From Felis catus (lineage: Eukaryota), in the NCBI RefSeq assembly GCF_018350175.1, contig NC_058368.1, positions 46,998,001 to 47,062,000 on the forward strand: a stretch of 64,000 nt of DNA, given 5' to 3'. Positions 26,301 through 39,777 of this stretch are shown here, one piece after another. Position 1 is the first letter of the stretch, and each line of letters starts with the position of its first letter. The notes under the pieces were generated by a model. That model was not told the DNA's origin. It ran no database searches and worked only from the letters and a program-made list of their open reading frames with translations. The position numbers and the translations under genes are program-made.

Positions 26301-26410
26301 TTTGGCTGTTTTTGTCTTTAATTTCAGATAGGGGGTGAAGGAGGTAGTGTTGGTAAAAAAAAAAAAAAAAAAAAGCAACTTTTCACAAGGAAGCAAAATA
26401 ATTCGTCCCA

Positions 26411-27213
26411 TATGGGAGGCAGAGTAATGGCCCTCCAAAGATGACAATATCCTGATCACCAGAACCTGCAAATATGTTGACTTACACAGCAAAAGGAAAT
26501 TTTGCATATGTGTTTTAAGATGTGGAACTTGGGAAACTTAACAGGAGACTATAGGGGAAGGGAAGGGGAAGAAATGGCTTCCAACAGAGAGGGAGGCAAA
26601 CCTGTAAGAGACTCTTAAATACAGAGAACAAACTGAGAGTTGCTGGGGGGACGGGAGTGGGGTGGAGGGAGGGGGAGGGGAAAATGGGTGATGGGCACTG
26701 AGGAGGGCACAGGTTGGGATGAGTACTGGGTGTTGTATGTAAGTGATGAATCACAGGAATCTACCCCCAAAACCAAGAGCATGCATATACACTGTATGTT
26801 AGCTAACTTGACAATAAATTCTATTAAAGTTTTTTTTTTTAATTTAAGAAAAGATAAAGATGTTGAGATGCAAAGAGAATAATCTCCTGGATGATTCAGG
26901 TGGGTTCAATGTAATTACAGGGAAAGCAAAATGGTAAGAAAAAAAAGATTTAAAATGCTGCTGAGTTTGAAGATGGAGGAAGGGGCCAGGAACCAAGGCA
27001 AGCAGGAGGCTTCTAGAAGCTAGAAAAAGGAAGGAAATAGGTTCTTCTCTAGAGCCTCCAGAAGGAATACAGACAGCCCTGTTAATACCTTGATTTAACT
27101 ATGTGAGACTGGTTTTGGACTTCTGACCTCCAAAACCGAAAGATAATAAATTTGTGTTACCCTAACCAATAGGTCTGTGGTTGTTTGTTACAGCAGAAAT
27201 AAGAACTAATGCT
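26411..27213 (+). mobile_element. MLT1D-like solo LTR split by an L1 3' fragment
   Basis: Start TATGGGAGGCAGAGTAATGGCCC; end AATAAATTTGTG...TTTGTTACAGCAG...AACTAAT. Confidence 0.88.
26521..26855 (+). mobile_element. 5'-truncated felid/carnivore L1 3' end
   Basis: AAGAGACTCTTAAATACAGAGAACAAACTGAG...GGGTGATGGGCACTGAGGAGGGCAC...GACAATAAATT; homologous to 36714-36950. Confidence 0.9.
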
Positions 27214-29181
27214 CTCCTGGACAATTTTTAAGAAGATTGAGTGTCTGTTAAGAGCCAGTTTACACATATCCTTTTTAAACCATGCAAACAGATAAAATTA
27301 TTTTTTAACTCCAACTGCACAAGAGCTATGTTAAAACAACACTACAAAAAATATTTTGCATTTCAGAGTTGAAAAATTCTCAACTTCTTGAAGGTGTCCA
27401 TTTAAATGCATTCTTCTGAAAACCAAATTGCAATTTTGCAATGCCTTCCATTTCTTCTTCAGCAGAGCTAATGGAAGATGACATTGTAACAGAACAAACC
27501 AACTGAGAAACAAGGGTGCTATGTTTAATTCCTCCGTAACTGAGAGGACGGAGAAGTCTTGCTGCCTTCCTTATTCGTTTGCTGCAATAATCCTTGGTGA
27601 ATACATCTCATCACCTGATTGTGCTCTTGGTAAATTTCCTTATTTTGCAGTCTTTACAGAGGAAAGATACCCATCATCATAAATCTTAAATATCTTTGCA
27701 AGTACAAGTGAAAATACAAGCCCATATATGTTAACAGCTGTACAACTGCCTCTTGGGATAAATGTATTATAGATGTGGAACAGTCATAATAGCACTCACG
27801 ATCTCATTTTTCCCATTTCATAGGTTTTATACCTGTGCCATCTGGGCGATACACCTGGATGTACAACAGGATACTTACAAGGCCTGGCTTTCTAAATGGC
27901 CTTTCCTGGCCTCTGATTTTTGTGGAATTCTTTTAACTTTCTGGTTCACACTAAACCCAAGTGCTTTATACGGTGATGTACATGCATGTTACCATTGCAA
28001 GGAAGCATCTTTTGTTGTCATAAAAAAAGAAAAGAAAAACCATGATATTTCATTTTATGAGACACACAATGTATGAGATCAAGCATTTTCTTTCATTTTC
28101 TTCATTAACAAGGAGACTTTGGCCAAGTCATTTAACTAATTGGTGCTCATTTTCTCATCTAGTGCATTGAAAACTAGAGAGACAGTTGAGGTTATTGTTG
28201 AGATTAGAGACAAAAGTGCCTGCAGGGTATTTTATGAAGTAATGTTTGCAAAATTTGTTGTATTATTTTATTGATGATATTTCTTTAAATAAAATGTAGT
28301 TGAGTAGGAAAAATACTTCTAACTCCTTTACCCTTTTCAATTTTTCTTTTATTCTTACTCCTCATACATTGCTTTTTACCCTTACTTTATAGATGTACTA
28401 TGACCATGTCAGTTTCCTACATATTTTGGGTAAAAAAATTGGAGTAAAAATGCAGGCTGATGTGACCCAAGTCAACATAAATCCACTATAAAATAATTCT
28501 TCATCATCTATCTTTGCTTACCTCTTTTTAGAGAGGCAACTTTGTAAACTTCAAAGGCAATCTGGTCTCAAAAAAAGTATGATGCATTACAACATAGCTG
28601 TTATAACGGCATCATCATTTCGATGACACTATTCCTAGTAATGGCAAAGTCATTCATTTTAATAAAATTGGTCTATAGTGTTCTTTCCCTCGTTTATTTG
28701 GGTATTTCTATTCTTTTGTAGAGTGTTTATATCTTCTGGGGCCAATGTCCTCCAATTGTCCTTAAAGCCCAGAGCTACCATTTGTCCACCCAAGCAAACT
28801 TTCTAGGAACATTTTGTTCTTACTCTTTCCCCCAGAATAACTGCATTAACAAATTCTTTTGGAAGAGATTGGTTCTTCAAAATGCTAATTGATTAATATG
28901 AAACATGGCTTATGAGTTATGTCCAATCTCATTTCCAATCTTGGACCTTGTATGACATATGCCCTAGTTTTTCCATACTGAGAATGATTTTAATAAAAAA
29001 CAAATGTCCTTTGATTTCTAGAGACAAGAAACAATAAAACACGGTGAAAAGTAATGCTATTCTTCAACAAATTATGGTTGTGTTAAATAAATATCATGTG
29101 GTGGGTAGGTGGGCAAATGAAAAACTGAATCACTGTCACCGTTTTGTTGAAATAAATATATATGTGTATGCACATGCACAA

Positions 29182-29247
29182 ACACACACACATACACACA
29201 CACACACACACATACACATACACACACACACACATATATATATATAT
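29182..29247. repeat. (CA)n/(TA)n microsatellite
   Basis: Directly visible. Confidence 0.97.
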
Positions 29248-29318
29248 TTAAATCCAACTTCTGGGAAAAAGTATGCACAGAAACAGCATTTGATAGCATG
29301 TAAAATGTTTATTTTCCT

Positions 29319-29537
29319 GGGGCACCTGGGTGGCTCAGTGGGTTGAGCGTCCAACTTCAGCTCAGGTCATCTTCTTGTAGTTCATGAGTTCAAGTCCCAC
29401 GCCGGGCTCTGGGCTAACAAACAGCCCAGAGTCTGGAGCCTGGTTTAGATTCTGTGTCTCCCTCTCTCTCTTTCCCTCCCTTGCTCATGCTCTGCCTCTA
29501 TCTCTCAAAAATAAATAAATGTTAAAAAAATTTTTTT
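29319..29537 (+). mobile_element. Can-SINE
   Basis: Full element; TSD AATGTTTAT(T/C)TTCCT. Confidence 0.95.
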
Positions 29538-29582
29538 AATGTTTATCTTCCTCAAAAATAAACATTAAAAAATTTTTAAAAC

Positions 29583-29744
29583 GGGGGTGTCTGGGCGGCT
29601 CACTTGGTTTCAGCATCCAACTTCGGCTCAGGTCATGATCTCACAGCTTGTGACTTGGAGCCCCTTGTCAGGCTCTGTGCTGACAGCTCAGAGACTGGAG
29701 CTTTTTTTGGATTCTGTGTCTCCCTCTCTCTCTGCCCCTCCCCT

Positions 29745-29779
<35 letters not shown>

Positions 29780-29804
29780 AATAAATAAACATTTAAAAAA
29801 ATTT
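29583..29804 (+). mobile_element. Can-SINE
   Basis: Full element with expanded (CT)n. Confidence 0.95.
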
Positions 29805-31151
29805 AAATGCTTATCTTCAAGATATAATACTTAGATGAGAGTCAGTCCTGGTTTTTTTCTCTGCACTCCACTGGTTGAGCATGCGATCCCTGGTCATCCT
29901 CTCAGCCATTTGGGGGCTATAATGCTGCAAAAAAAAAAAAAAAAAAAAAAAAAACCCAGGCAAATTTCTCCCCATTACATGTAGATAAGTTCCTGTTTAC
30001 AAGTGTTATTTATAAGAAAGGCAGCTGGGAAACAAACCAAAGAAAGTAATGTTAGCATAAATGCTTCGAAGGAGACATGTGTCGCTAATGGCTTTCAAAA
30101 ACCATAGGGAGTGAGGGAGTAACACTTCCACTCCATTGAGCTGGCTTAATTTTTTTAAGCCATGTAAACCAGTTGAAGAGCTTCATAGACTCTCACTTCT
30201 GAATCAGGACTCTGTTGCTTTAAAAGTGGCTGTTACTATTCTAATAACGTGAATGGCAAATAGAAAATACAAAGAAAAAAATTCAAGATTTAACTTCTGG
30301 AAATGCATCTACCATTTTCGTGGTGGTCAGGCACACGTGTAGGGCAGCAAGCATTCTTCCATGGTGATAAATATAAAAGACGACTTTGAGGAAAACTATG
30401 CATGTAGATGAGGATCGCACTAGGACAAAGTCATAATTTTACATATAGCTTAGGAAGAAGGTAGTAGTTCAAACTTCCCTCGACACTTCTTTTAAATGGA
30501 TACACACCATCCAAATCAGTCCTACAAATCATATCTGGGGAGGCGGATTACTTTTATTCAATCTTTAATGTTATTATAGTTAACATATTTAACTTAGGTG
30601 AGGTCAGTTAATGAGACAGCAAATTGGAATCTTTTGTGTATGATAAACAGTTCCCTGTTTATCAGTAAGGAGATTTGACTGCATTTTACCAAGTATTTAT
30701 TTAAAAAAGTATGCGTGGTGAAATGAAGGAGTCAGGAGCTGGGCCCTAAAGAATTGTGGAAGGAATTCTGCCATGAACCAATGGTGTTGTTCTGAGTGAA
30801 CCATTTAATTCTCCTGTTCTGGAAATTTTCATCCGTGAGACAAACATCTTTAATTCAGTTACCTGTCACCTCTCTTCCACCCCCAGAGTTCCATGGCTTT
30901 TATAATGAAATTGCTATTTCAAATGAGTATACAAGTTGAATTCAGGCTTTGAGAGAATAAGCTTAGGGGGAAAAAAACTTAAGCCCCTCGGTAAGAAAGA
31001 ACAAGCTCAAAACCTTTCCTGGGTTGTTGGGTTGCTGTGATACCTCTTCTGACTCCCTGGCCCTAGGACTCCGTATTAACACCTCACCCCCGTCCTGGTT
31101 CTGCCACCATTGCCTGTGCCGTCCACATACTACTTGTGTCAGGTAGTTTTA

Positions 31152-31355
31152 TTGTTTATTTTTATAAAAATGTTTATTACTTTTGAAAGAGAGCGAGGGC
31201 ACAGGGGAGGTGCACAGAAAGAGAGAGACAGAGGATTTGCAGGGGGCTCCACCCTGACAGCAGAGAGCCTGACATGGGGCTCAAACTCACGAACCATGAG
31301 ATCATGACCTCAGCCGAAGCCAGACACTTAACTGACTGAGCGACACAAGCGCCCC
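31152..31355 (-). mobile_element. Can-SINE
   Basis: TSD TCAGGTAG(T/G)TTTA. Confidence 0.95.
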
Positions 31356-31574
31356 ATCAGGTAGGTTTAAATACCACTTATTGTTGTTACTATTCCTTTT
31401 GCTTTTCTGTGACTTCTCAGCAAAGACTTTGAGACATGTATTGGGTAAGCAACAATTCCAACTTCTTTCTAACATAGACAGCTGACTTTAAGAATTCTGC
31501 GTTGCTAGCTCGGTATCTTCCCCCAAAACAACTTTATTTAAGAAAAAGAAAAGAGAAAAAGAAAAAGAAAAAAA

Positions 31575-32010
31575 GATGAGAAGTGGAGTGTTCAAGTCCC
31601 CTACTATTCTTGTATTACTGTCAATTTCTCCCTTTATGGCTGTTAATATTTGCTTGATATGTTTAAGTACTCCTACGTTGGCTGCATAGATATTTACAAT
31701 TATTATATCCTCTTATTGGACTGTTCCCTTTATCCTTATGTAATGCCCTTCTTTGCTTCTTGTTACAGTCTTTATTTTAAAATCTATTCTGTCTGATACA
31801 AGCATTGCTACCTGAACTTTTTTTTTTTTTGGCCTCCATTTTCATGATGTATCTTTTTCCATCCCTTCACTTTCAGTCTGTACATGTCTTCAGGTCTGAA
31901 GTGAGTCTCTTGTAGGCAGCATATAGAGGGGTCTTCCTTCTTTTGATCCATTCAGTCTCCCTATGTCTTTTGATTGGAGCATTTAGACCACTTACATGTA
32001 AAGTAATTAT
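31575..32010 (-). mobile_element. L1 ORF2 N-terminal endonuclease fragment (degenerate)
   Basis: Minus translation IITLHVSGLNAPIKRHRETEWIK matches the ORF2p start; further EN-like coding follows in other frames. Confidence 0.92.
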
Positions 32011-32151
32011 AATATTGTAATATCTCTGGTGACAGATGGTAACTACATTTATTGTGGTGAGCATTTGGTAATGTATATAATCGCTTAATCACTATATTGC
32101 ACACTTGAAACTAATATAATATTGCATGTCAACTATACTTCAATTAAAAAA
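32009..32151 (+). mobile_element. L1 extreme 3' end (L1_Carn/L1MA9-like)
   Basis: GGTGACAGATGGTAACTAC...GAAACTAATATAATATTGCATGTCAACTATACTTCAATTAAAAAA. Confidence 0.88.
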
Positions 32152-33894
32152 GTAAGAAAGACGATAAGAGAATTATGGAAAAGTCAGGTTATTTTGTTTG
32201 TAAGTAACCGCAGACTTTGTATCCGTATGTAATCAAAGTTTACTGATTCTCAATTCATTTGAAAGCAAATAATTGAGCTGAAAGCAATTTAACTTTCATA
32301 AGCCCAAATACGTGGTGCATTAAAGGAATTGATACTAAGGAAGATCTGTAGCCCAGAGGTATAGATTTTTATCTCATCAGTTCCTGAAGAATTGCTTGTA
32401 ACTTTGAAGTGGGCAATTCTTTGAATAATCTGATCTCTACCTAGTAAGGCTTTCTGCATATCCATTTTGACTTCCAGGTCATTAATTCTCAGCATTCTGT
32501 TCTCAGATATAAAGTCAAATCTGGTAATGGTTATTTGAAAAAAGAAAAAGATGGTCTATCTGAAGTTCAAGCGAATATGGACTTTTAAGCTTTTATAGAG
32601 TGTCTGGAATTTCCTTCCAGTACCATACAATGACAATAATGGCATTCTGGGTTCTGTTAAATAGAAGATAACTGAAGAAATTAGAAGAGTATTTATCCTC
32701 TCTGGGTTGTGAAAGCTCAGTTTCCTAATATGAGAAATGCTTTGATAGTTCAGTGGAACATTGAGAGTACTTATTTTATGATTTTAATTGAGCTTCTCAG
32801 GTCATGCCTACTGAGATTTGGATCTTCCCCCAGCCATTCATCTTTTGATCTTATGGCTAATATTGTTTCCAGAGGCTTTCAATAAAGCCAACACTGAATT
32901 GTTCACTTGAATAAGTTTATTCTTTCCTTTTGACGAAACAAAGGAATTTCTCTAAATCAAATAGTTAAAAATGTTATGAACAACAACAACAAAAAGGAAT
33001 TTAATCTAAAGTCTGACACACATATAAATGATTAACAAAACGGGAACATACAATAGAATTATTTAGATATTCTTGGTTTTAAATTCTACATAAATGGGAG
33101 CTTCAGAGACAAAATTCTATTTTAAAGCGAATATATGATATGGCATGTATTTTTAAGTGAGAAGAGATGGAGAACGTGCATCCTTCCTAGAAAGGTAGGT
33201 CGCAGGAGACGGAGATGTTTCAGGTTTCATATACTCCCCTCCTTTCCCGCCTAAGATTTTGCCACATCTTTGCTTTGGCAAACCCACCACCCACCTCAGG
33301 ACACTACAGTTGTCAGCTTGAGAGTCTGTGCTGACCTCATGTTTAATGATGGAGCAGGACACTTGAGAACCATACGCTCCTTAGCTCTTGCACCCTCAAA
33401 TGCCTGTGAGAACTAGACACATAATCTCAATGAAGGATTTGGGCAGGCAAGAAAATTTTCTTCTTGAAATACGATTTTGTTTTTCCAATTTTGAGAGACT
33501 CATGGATACAAGAAATATTTCCGTTTCCACTTATGTCTACTATTAGAAAAGCAATGGTGAAGGAATGGAGAAAAAAGAATTGCCACTTGAGCTCAACCTT
33601 GTGGACCCACCAGGTCCAAAGTGAACTGGAAGACAGATGCCCCGTCTAAGGACAAGCAGCCGTCACTTATTTCCTACTACTGGCTGGGCTCAGGATTGCC
33701 AACTCTATTTTTTGAAAGATGCGATTAACATGTATTTTATATAAGATATCACACATTTTTAATGTTGAATACCAATTTAGAAAATATTTTAATAGTGTGA
33801 ACCAGACAAAGCTAACTTGTAGGCTACCCAGTTGGAACCTCTGATCTGTAATCTTATTTTTATTTTCTTTTATGTTGACATATTAAGTACAGAT

Positions 33895-33919
33895 TAGATA
33901 GATAGATAGATAGATAGAT
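33895..33919. repeat. (TAGA)n microsatellite
   Basis: Directly visible. Confidence 0.95.
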
Positions 33920-35224
33920 CTGTTCTATAAGCTCCAAATCAGGGGCCAAAGACCAAGAAACTATGGTATAGGAGAAGAATAAAATCGGAGTTTTTAAAAA
34001 AATGATCTGGGTTATGGGTTCACTTAGACAAGTCACAATTTTCTGTGCCTTGGGTTCGTCTCCTATAAGTTAGGGTTGGATTAAATGACCTCGAAGCTAT
34101 ATTCCATCCACAAAGTTCTATAGTTTTAACCTCCTAGGGAAGTTCTTCAAAATACACTGGAAATGCACGAGTGTCTAGGTGAGTGCAAATGTGTGTTTTC
34201 ACTGTACGTTGGGGATTACAAGCAGACATGTTGTTAAAGATGTAATTAATAGCAGCTATTCATCCAAATTACTCCATTACTTTTCTTTCGTAGTAGCCAA
34301 TATTCTGTATCATTTAGGCTCACGTTCTTGGCTACTATGCTATACTGCATCACTTGTTCAAGCTTGTGTGGTAAGAAAACAGATTTATCTACAAAATACA
34401 TCACTCCAGAAAACAACCCAAAAGTTATTTTAGGAAAATTTTATATTTTCCTTAACTCTAAAATCTACATTAAATAACTGCAATATTTTAAAAGTCCTTT
34501 TATGTATCATTGTTTTAATTTATGATATCCATATATTGCTTTAGAACAACTATCCAACAGTTCCATAGAAATCGCGTTTCCAGAAAACCATTAACACTTG
34601 GTTTTGTCCGTGTCCTCTTTTGGTGCAGATTCTTCAGTAGAAAAGCAGAGAAGTACAATTATTAAACCTCCATAGAGTCACATGACACTAGAAGTGGGTT
34701 ACAGTTGTTGTATTAAAAAATAAGCATGCATAATTGGTATTGGGTGTATTTAGGTATCACCGTTATATCTACTCTCATGGTTCCAGAAGCCACTTGTGCT
34801 TGTAAACGTACAAGTAAGCCACCAGGGTGCTGTTAATAAATTCCTGGGTCTCATCTCTAGATTCTACCTTCTGTTTCAAGTTAATTCCAATCTAACACTA
34901 TTATTTACAGGTGAGGAATCAGTCATTCAGCTACCTTCAATGGCTTGAGGATAGGAACTGATCTTTGGCTTTTGACTGGAGCATGATGTAACCGGACAAA
35001 CTGAAGGCAATATTTTTGGACCCAGGCTAGTTTCACATTCAGTCTTGATCTAGACTCCTTTCCAGTGCTTTCTTCTTCTTTTTTTTTTAAAGCCAAAACA
35101 TTAATTTCCCAATGTATAATTTTTCTTTGTTAAATATAACTTCATCACACTCAAAGGCTTACACTTACCGTCACTATCTGGTGACATAAAAATTGACAAA
35201 TAAATATGAAATGCATAAAGGATT

Positions 35225-35624
35225 TGTTATGGGCTGAAATATGTCATCTGAAAATTTATATGTTAAAGCCCTAACTGTCCAGTACCTCAGAATGTGACTG
35301 TATTTGAAGATAGGACCTTTAGATAGATGATAAAGTCAACATGAGGTCTTTGGGGTGGGTACTAATCCTATCTGACTGGTGTTCTTATAAGAAGGGGTTA
35401 TTTTGAACACACAAAGAGATACCAGGGACATACATGCACAAAGGAAGGACCATGTGAAGACACAGTGAGAAGATACCATCCTAAAGCCAAGGAGAGAGGC
35501 CTCAGAGCCTGACAACGACTTGATTTGGATTTCTAACCTCCAAACCTGTGAGAAAATAAATCTCTGTTGTTTAAGCCATGCAGTCTGTGGTACTTTTTAA
35601 TGGCGGCGCTAGCAAATTAACATA
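35225..35624 (+). mobile_element. MLT1B-like solo LTR
   Basis: TGTTATGGGCTGAA...CAGAATGTGACTGTATTTG...GAAAATAAATCTCTGTTGTTTAAGCCA. Confidence 0.9.
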
Positions 35625-36459
35625 GTATTCTTTGGTGAAATCAACAATAGACACATATAAATTGTCTTCTATATTTATCACCATTTTCTTGGACCTCTGA
35701 AAGTATATTTTCCAAAGAAACTATGTTACAGTGAAGGTTGTATACTTGACAAAGGACTCAATATCAAGTGAAACATAAAACAAATTGTGTGTAACACAGT
35801 CAAAAACCATTATAAGCAGGTCTGGGGCTGGGTAGGTGGGTGATGTGAATCATATGCCCTGGATTGAGATCCAGATGAGTCTAAGACCAACCCATGTGAA
35901 GATTTGTAGCCAGTTTGTTTTTCCCGTGGGGGATGATTTTACCTACCTTCCCCATATGTATTCTCTGAAACACTGAAATTAACTTTTATTCCAATTTGAA
36001 ATAATAACTTTATGACAAAAGCCACAGAACGTGGGGGTGCAGACGAGGCTACAGAGAACTCAGTTAAAAATGTTTGTCTCACAGATGAAAATATCCAGGA
36101 CAAGACAATTAAATGACTTGCCCAGAGTGACATCTTCCGTTCGTGGTAGATGCATCCATTCAGGAAATGTTTAGAAAACGAGTCTGACTTCTCACGGAAA
36201 TGTCCTCTTCATTTCAGCACGCATACCTTGCTTATAAATATTGTGTAAACTGAGTACAAACGCCCTTGCTCTAAACAGGGAACTTCCATGTAATTTACAA
36301 GAGTATAAGCACCACACACAAAAGGTTCAAGCTTTCTGCTCATTCACTGACTTCACCTAAGGAAAAGATGCGAGCATAGCATAAGAGCATAAAGCCTGCA
36401 TAAGAGTAATTTTCTTCCCCTCTTCAAAATACGAATAGGTTTCAGTGTACTTGAGATCA

Positions 36460-36645
36460 CCTTGCTGAGGAGTAACATGGAAGAGAGACGACACCCTTGC
36501 TCGTCCACAACCTGCCTGCTGACTGCTTCATCTTGATGAACACGGGCATGACCAGCAAAAGAACCACCCAATTATGCCTAGAATGGTGAGAAACGGGAAA
36601 TTTTTGTTTCAAGTCTCTAAGTTTTGAGTTCGTTAGTTATACAAT
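36460..36645 (+). mobile_element. Old MLT1 (F/H-like) LTR 3' fragment
   Basis: CCTGCTGACTGC...ACCAGCAAAAGAACCACCCA...CTAAGTTTTGAG. Confidence 0.55.
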
Positions 36646-36713
36646 GAAGACCAAATCTGTTTAAGTCCTAAAAATCATATAACTAATACCCCCATAAAGA
36701 GAGGAGATATTTT

Positions 36714-38448
36714 TTATATTAAATATAAATTATTGTCAAATTGGTTTCCATACAACATCCAGTGCTCATCCCAACAGATGCCCTCCTCAGTGCCCTCAAT
36801 GCCCATCACCCTCCCACCCACCCCCCCATCAACCCTCAGTTTATTCTCAGTTTTTAAGAGTCTCTTATGGTTTGGCTCTCTCCCTAACTTTTTTTTTCTT
36901 TCCCTCCCCCATGGTCTTCTGTTAAGTTTCTCAGGATCCACATATGAGTGAAAACATATGGTATCTGTCTTTCTCTGCCTGACTTATTTAACTTAGCATA
37001 ATACCCTCCTGTTCCATCCACGTTGCTGCAAATGGCTAGATTTCATTCTTTCTCATTGCCAAGTAGTATTCTGTTGTATATATAAACCACATCTTCTTTA
37101 TCCATTCGTCAGTTGATGGATATTTAGGCTCTTTCTATAATTTGGCTATTGTTGAAAGTGCTGCTATAAACACTGGGGTACAAGTGCCCCTATGCATCAG
37201 CACTCCTGTATCCCTTGGGTAAATTTCTAGCAGTACTACTGCTGGGTCATAGGGTAGGTCTATTTTTAACTTTTTGAGGAACCTCCATACTGTTTTCCAG
37301 AGCGGCTACACCAGCTTGCATTCCCACCAACAGTGCAAGAAGGTTCCCATTTTGCCACATCCTCGCCAGCATCTATAGTCTCCTGATGTGTTCATTTTAG
37401 CCACTCTGACCGGCGCGAGGTGGTATCTCAGTGCGGTTTTGATTTCTATTTCCCTGATGAGGAGTGATGTTGAGCATCTTTTCATGTGTCTGTTGGCCAT
37501 CTTGATGTCTTCTTTAGAAAAGTGTCTATTCATGTCTTCTGCCCATTTCTTCACTGGATTATTTGTTTTTCAGGTGTGGAGTTTGGTGAGTTCTTTATAG
37601 ATTTTGAATACTAGCCCTTTACCTGATTTGTCATTTGCAAATATCTTTTCCCATTCCATTGGTTGCCTTTTAGTTTTGTTGACTGTTTCCTTTGCAGTAC
37701 AGAAGATTTTTATCTTGATGAGGTCCCCATAGTTCATTTTTGCTTTTAATTCCCTTTCCTTTAGAGATGTATCAAGTAAGAAATTGCTGTGGTTGAGGTC
37801 AAAGAGGTTTTTTCCTGCTTTCTCCTCTAGGGTTTTGATGGTTTCCTGTCTCACATTCAGGTCCTTTATCCATTTTGAGTTTATTTTTGTGAATGGTGTG
37901 AGAAAATGTTCTAGTCTCATTCTCTGCATGTTGCTGTCCACTTCTCCCAGCACCGTTTGTTAAAGAGACTGTGATTTTTCCATTGGATACTCTTTCCTGC
38001 TTTGTCAAAGATTAGTGGGCGATACATTTGTGGGTCCAATTCTGGGGTCTCTTTTCTATTCCATTGGTCTATGTGTCTGTTTTTGTGCCAATACCATGCT
38101 GTCTTGATGGTTACAGCTTTGTAGTAGAGGCTAAAGTCTGGGATTGTGATGCCTCCCGCTTTGGTTTTCTTCTTCAATATTACTTTGGCTATTCGGGGTC
38201 TTTTGTGGTTCCATACAAATTTTACGATTGCTTGCTCTAGCTTCGAGAAGAATGCTGGTGCAGTTTTGATCGGGATTGTATTGAATGTGTAGATTGCTTT
38301 GGGTAGTATTGACATTTTAACAATATTTATTCTTCCAATCCATGAGCATGGAGTGTTTTTCCATTTCTTTGTGTCTTCTTCAGTTTCCTTCATAACCTTT
38401 CTATAGTTTTCAGCATACAGATATTTTACATCTTTGGTTAGGTTTATT
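36714..38448 (-). mobile_element. 5'-truncated felid L1 (about 1.7 kb; ORF2 C-terminus plus 3'UTR, frameshifted)
   Basis: ORFs 37917-38492, 37570-37953 and 37306-37554 translate to ORF2p ([23 protein letters not shown]..., HCWWECKLV). Perfect 17-bp TSD AAGAGAGGAGATATTTT at 36697-36713 and 38449-38465. Confidence 0.98.
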
Positions 38449-38489
38449 AAGAGAGGAGATATTTTGACCATTAAATAATAAAAATGTAC

Positions 38490-39290
38490 CATAAAAAAGG
38501 ATGAGGAAAAGAATAAGTAAAGCTCTTAGAAATTACAAAATAACCGAAGTGAAATATTCAACAGAAACCTTGGAAAATAATATTGTCATCTCACAGAACT
38601 AAAACAAAACAAAACAAAACAAAACAAAACAAAACAAAACAAAACAAAAAAGCCTTACAGAAAATTGGAGAGAAAATATACTAAATGAGAGGATTAATCT
38701 GGAAGATTCTACAATTGATTCTTTTTAAAAGTGTTCAGAAAGAGAAGTCAAAAAAGAAAATTACAAAAGAAAATTACAGAAAAATTCTATGATATGGAAA
38801 GACACATTTCTCTGGATTGAGGTCTGCATGATTAATTTAAAAAAGAAAAAAATTAAAAAGACCTATGCCAAAGGCTATCATCACATTTCCTAAACTCCTC
38901 CAGAGAGAAGAATAACAGGCCAAATACACAAGATTATTGATGATAATGGCAGCACATTTCTCTATAGCTACTCTGGAAGCTGAAGACTTTGGAACAATGT
39001 CTTTAAAATTTGGAGTCGAAACATGAAATACTATATACTTTCAATCAAATATGAAAGTAGAATAAACATAGATTTAGTATGCAGTGGCTAAAAAGTACCC
39101 CTATGCTTCCCTTGTTAGGCAACTGCTGAAGGGAATCTTTTAGCAAAAGAAATGAAAACCCACCAAGGAAAACACCATGGTATTCAGGAAATGATGACTC
39201 TGATATAGAAAGGATGAGCAGATAGGAGCTGGACAGCAAAAAGGTGTGGGAAGGAGATGTCCGGGCGGTGGGGGGTGGGGGGTGGGTCGG
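38490..39290 (+). mobile_element. HAL1/ancient L1 ORF1-like remnant
   Basis: A-rich degenerate ORF1-like sequence, e.g. AATGGCAGCACATTTCTCTATAGCTACTCTGGAAGCTGAAGAC...GGAACAATGTCTTTAAAATT. Confidence 0.6.
38601..38650. repeat. (AAAAC)9 microsatellite
   Basis: Directly visible. Confidence 0.98.
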
Positions 39291-39305
39291 AGAAATGAAA
39301 CAGCT

Positions 39306-39533
39306 GGGGCGCCCAGGTGGCTCAGTCAGTTAAGCCTCTGACTTTGGCTCAGGTCATGATCCCACAGTTCATGGGTTCGAGCCCCGCATCAGGATCTGTG
39401 CTGACAGCTCAGAGCCTGGAGCCTGCTTCTGATTCTGTGTCTCCCTCTCTCGCTGCCCCTCCCCTGCTTGTTCTCTCTCTCTCTCAAAAATAAATAAACA
39501 TGAAAATTGAAAAAAGAAAGAAAGAAAAAGAAA
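39306..39533 (+). mobile_element. Can-SINE
   Basis: Canonical head GGGGCGCCCAGGTGGCTCAGTC and tail. Confidence 0.96.
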
Positions 39534-39777
39534 GTGCTTGGTCACTCTTAATAGATTGGTTGGAACATTTAAAAAAAAATTGCAAGAGATCCATAAAATT
39601 GCAAGCAAAATTTTTAAATGATAGCCTGCAAGACAAAAAAATAATAAAAAGTAAAAAGAAATTAATCATAGGCTGTAGGTCTACAAAGATTTTCCTTGTA
39701 TAAGCTTGAAATAATCATAGAGTAACAGTTTGATTTTTGCCAGCATTTTTTGAAAAATAAGTGATTTTTGAGGAAAC

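Noticed and set aside
27300..28076. Possible processed pseudogene or exon cluster (open frames, several acceptor-like sites)
   Set aside because: No recognisable protein in the frames I translated, no poly(A)/TSD and no convincing acceptor-donor pair.
29929..29953. A25 run as a retrocopy tail
   Set aside because: No upstream AATAAA, recognisable body or TSD.
37306..38492. Longest ORFs (191, 127 and 82 aa) as a host gene
   Set aside because: Frameshifted L1 ORF2 fragments within a TSD-bounded truncated insertion.
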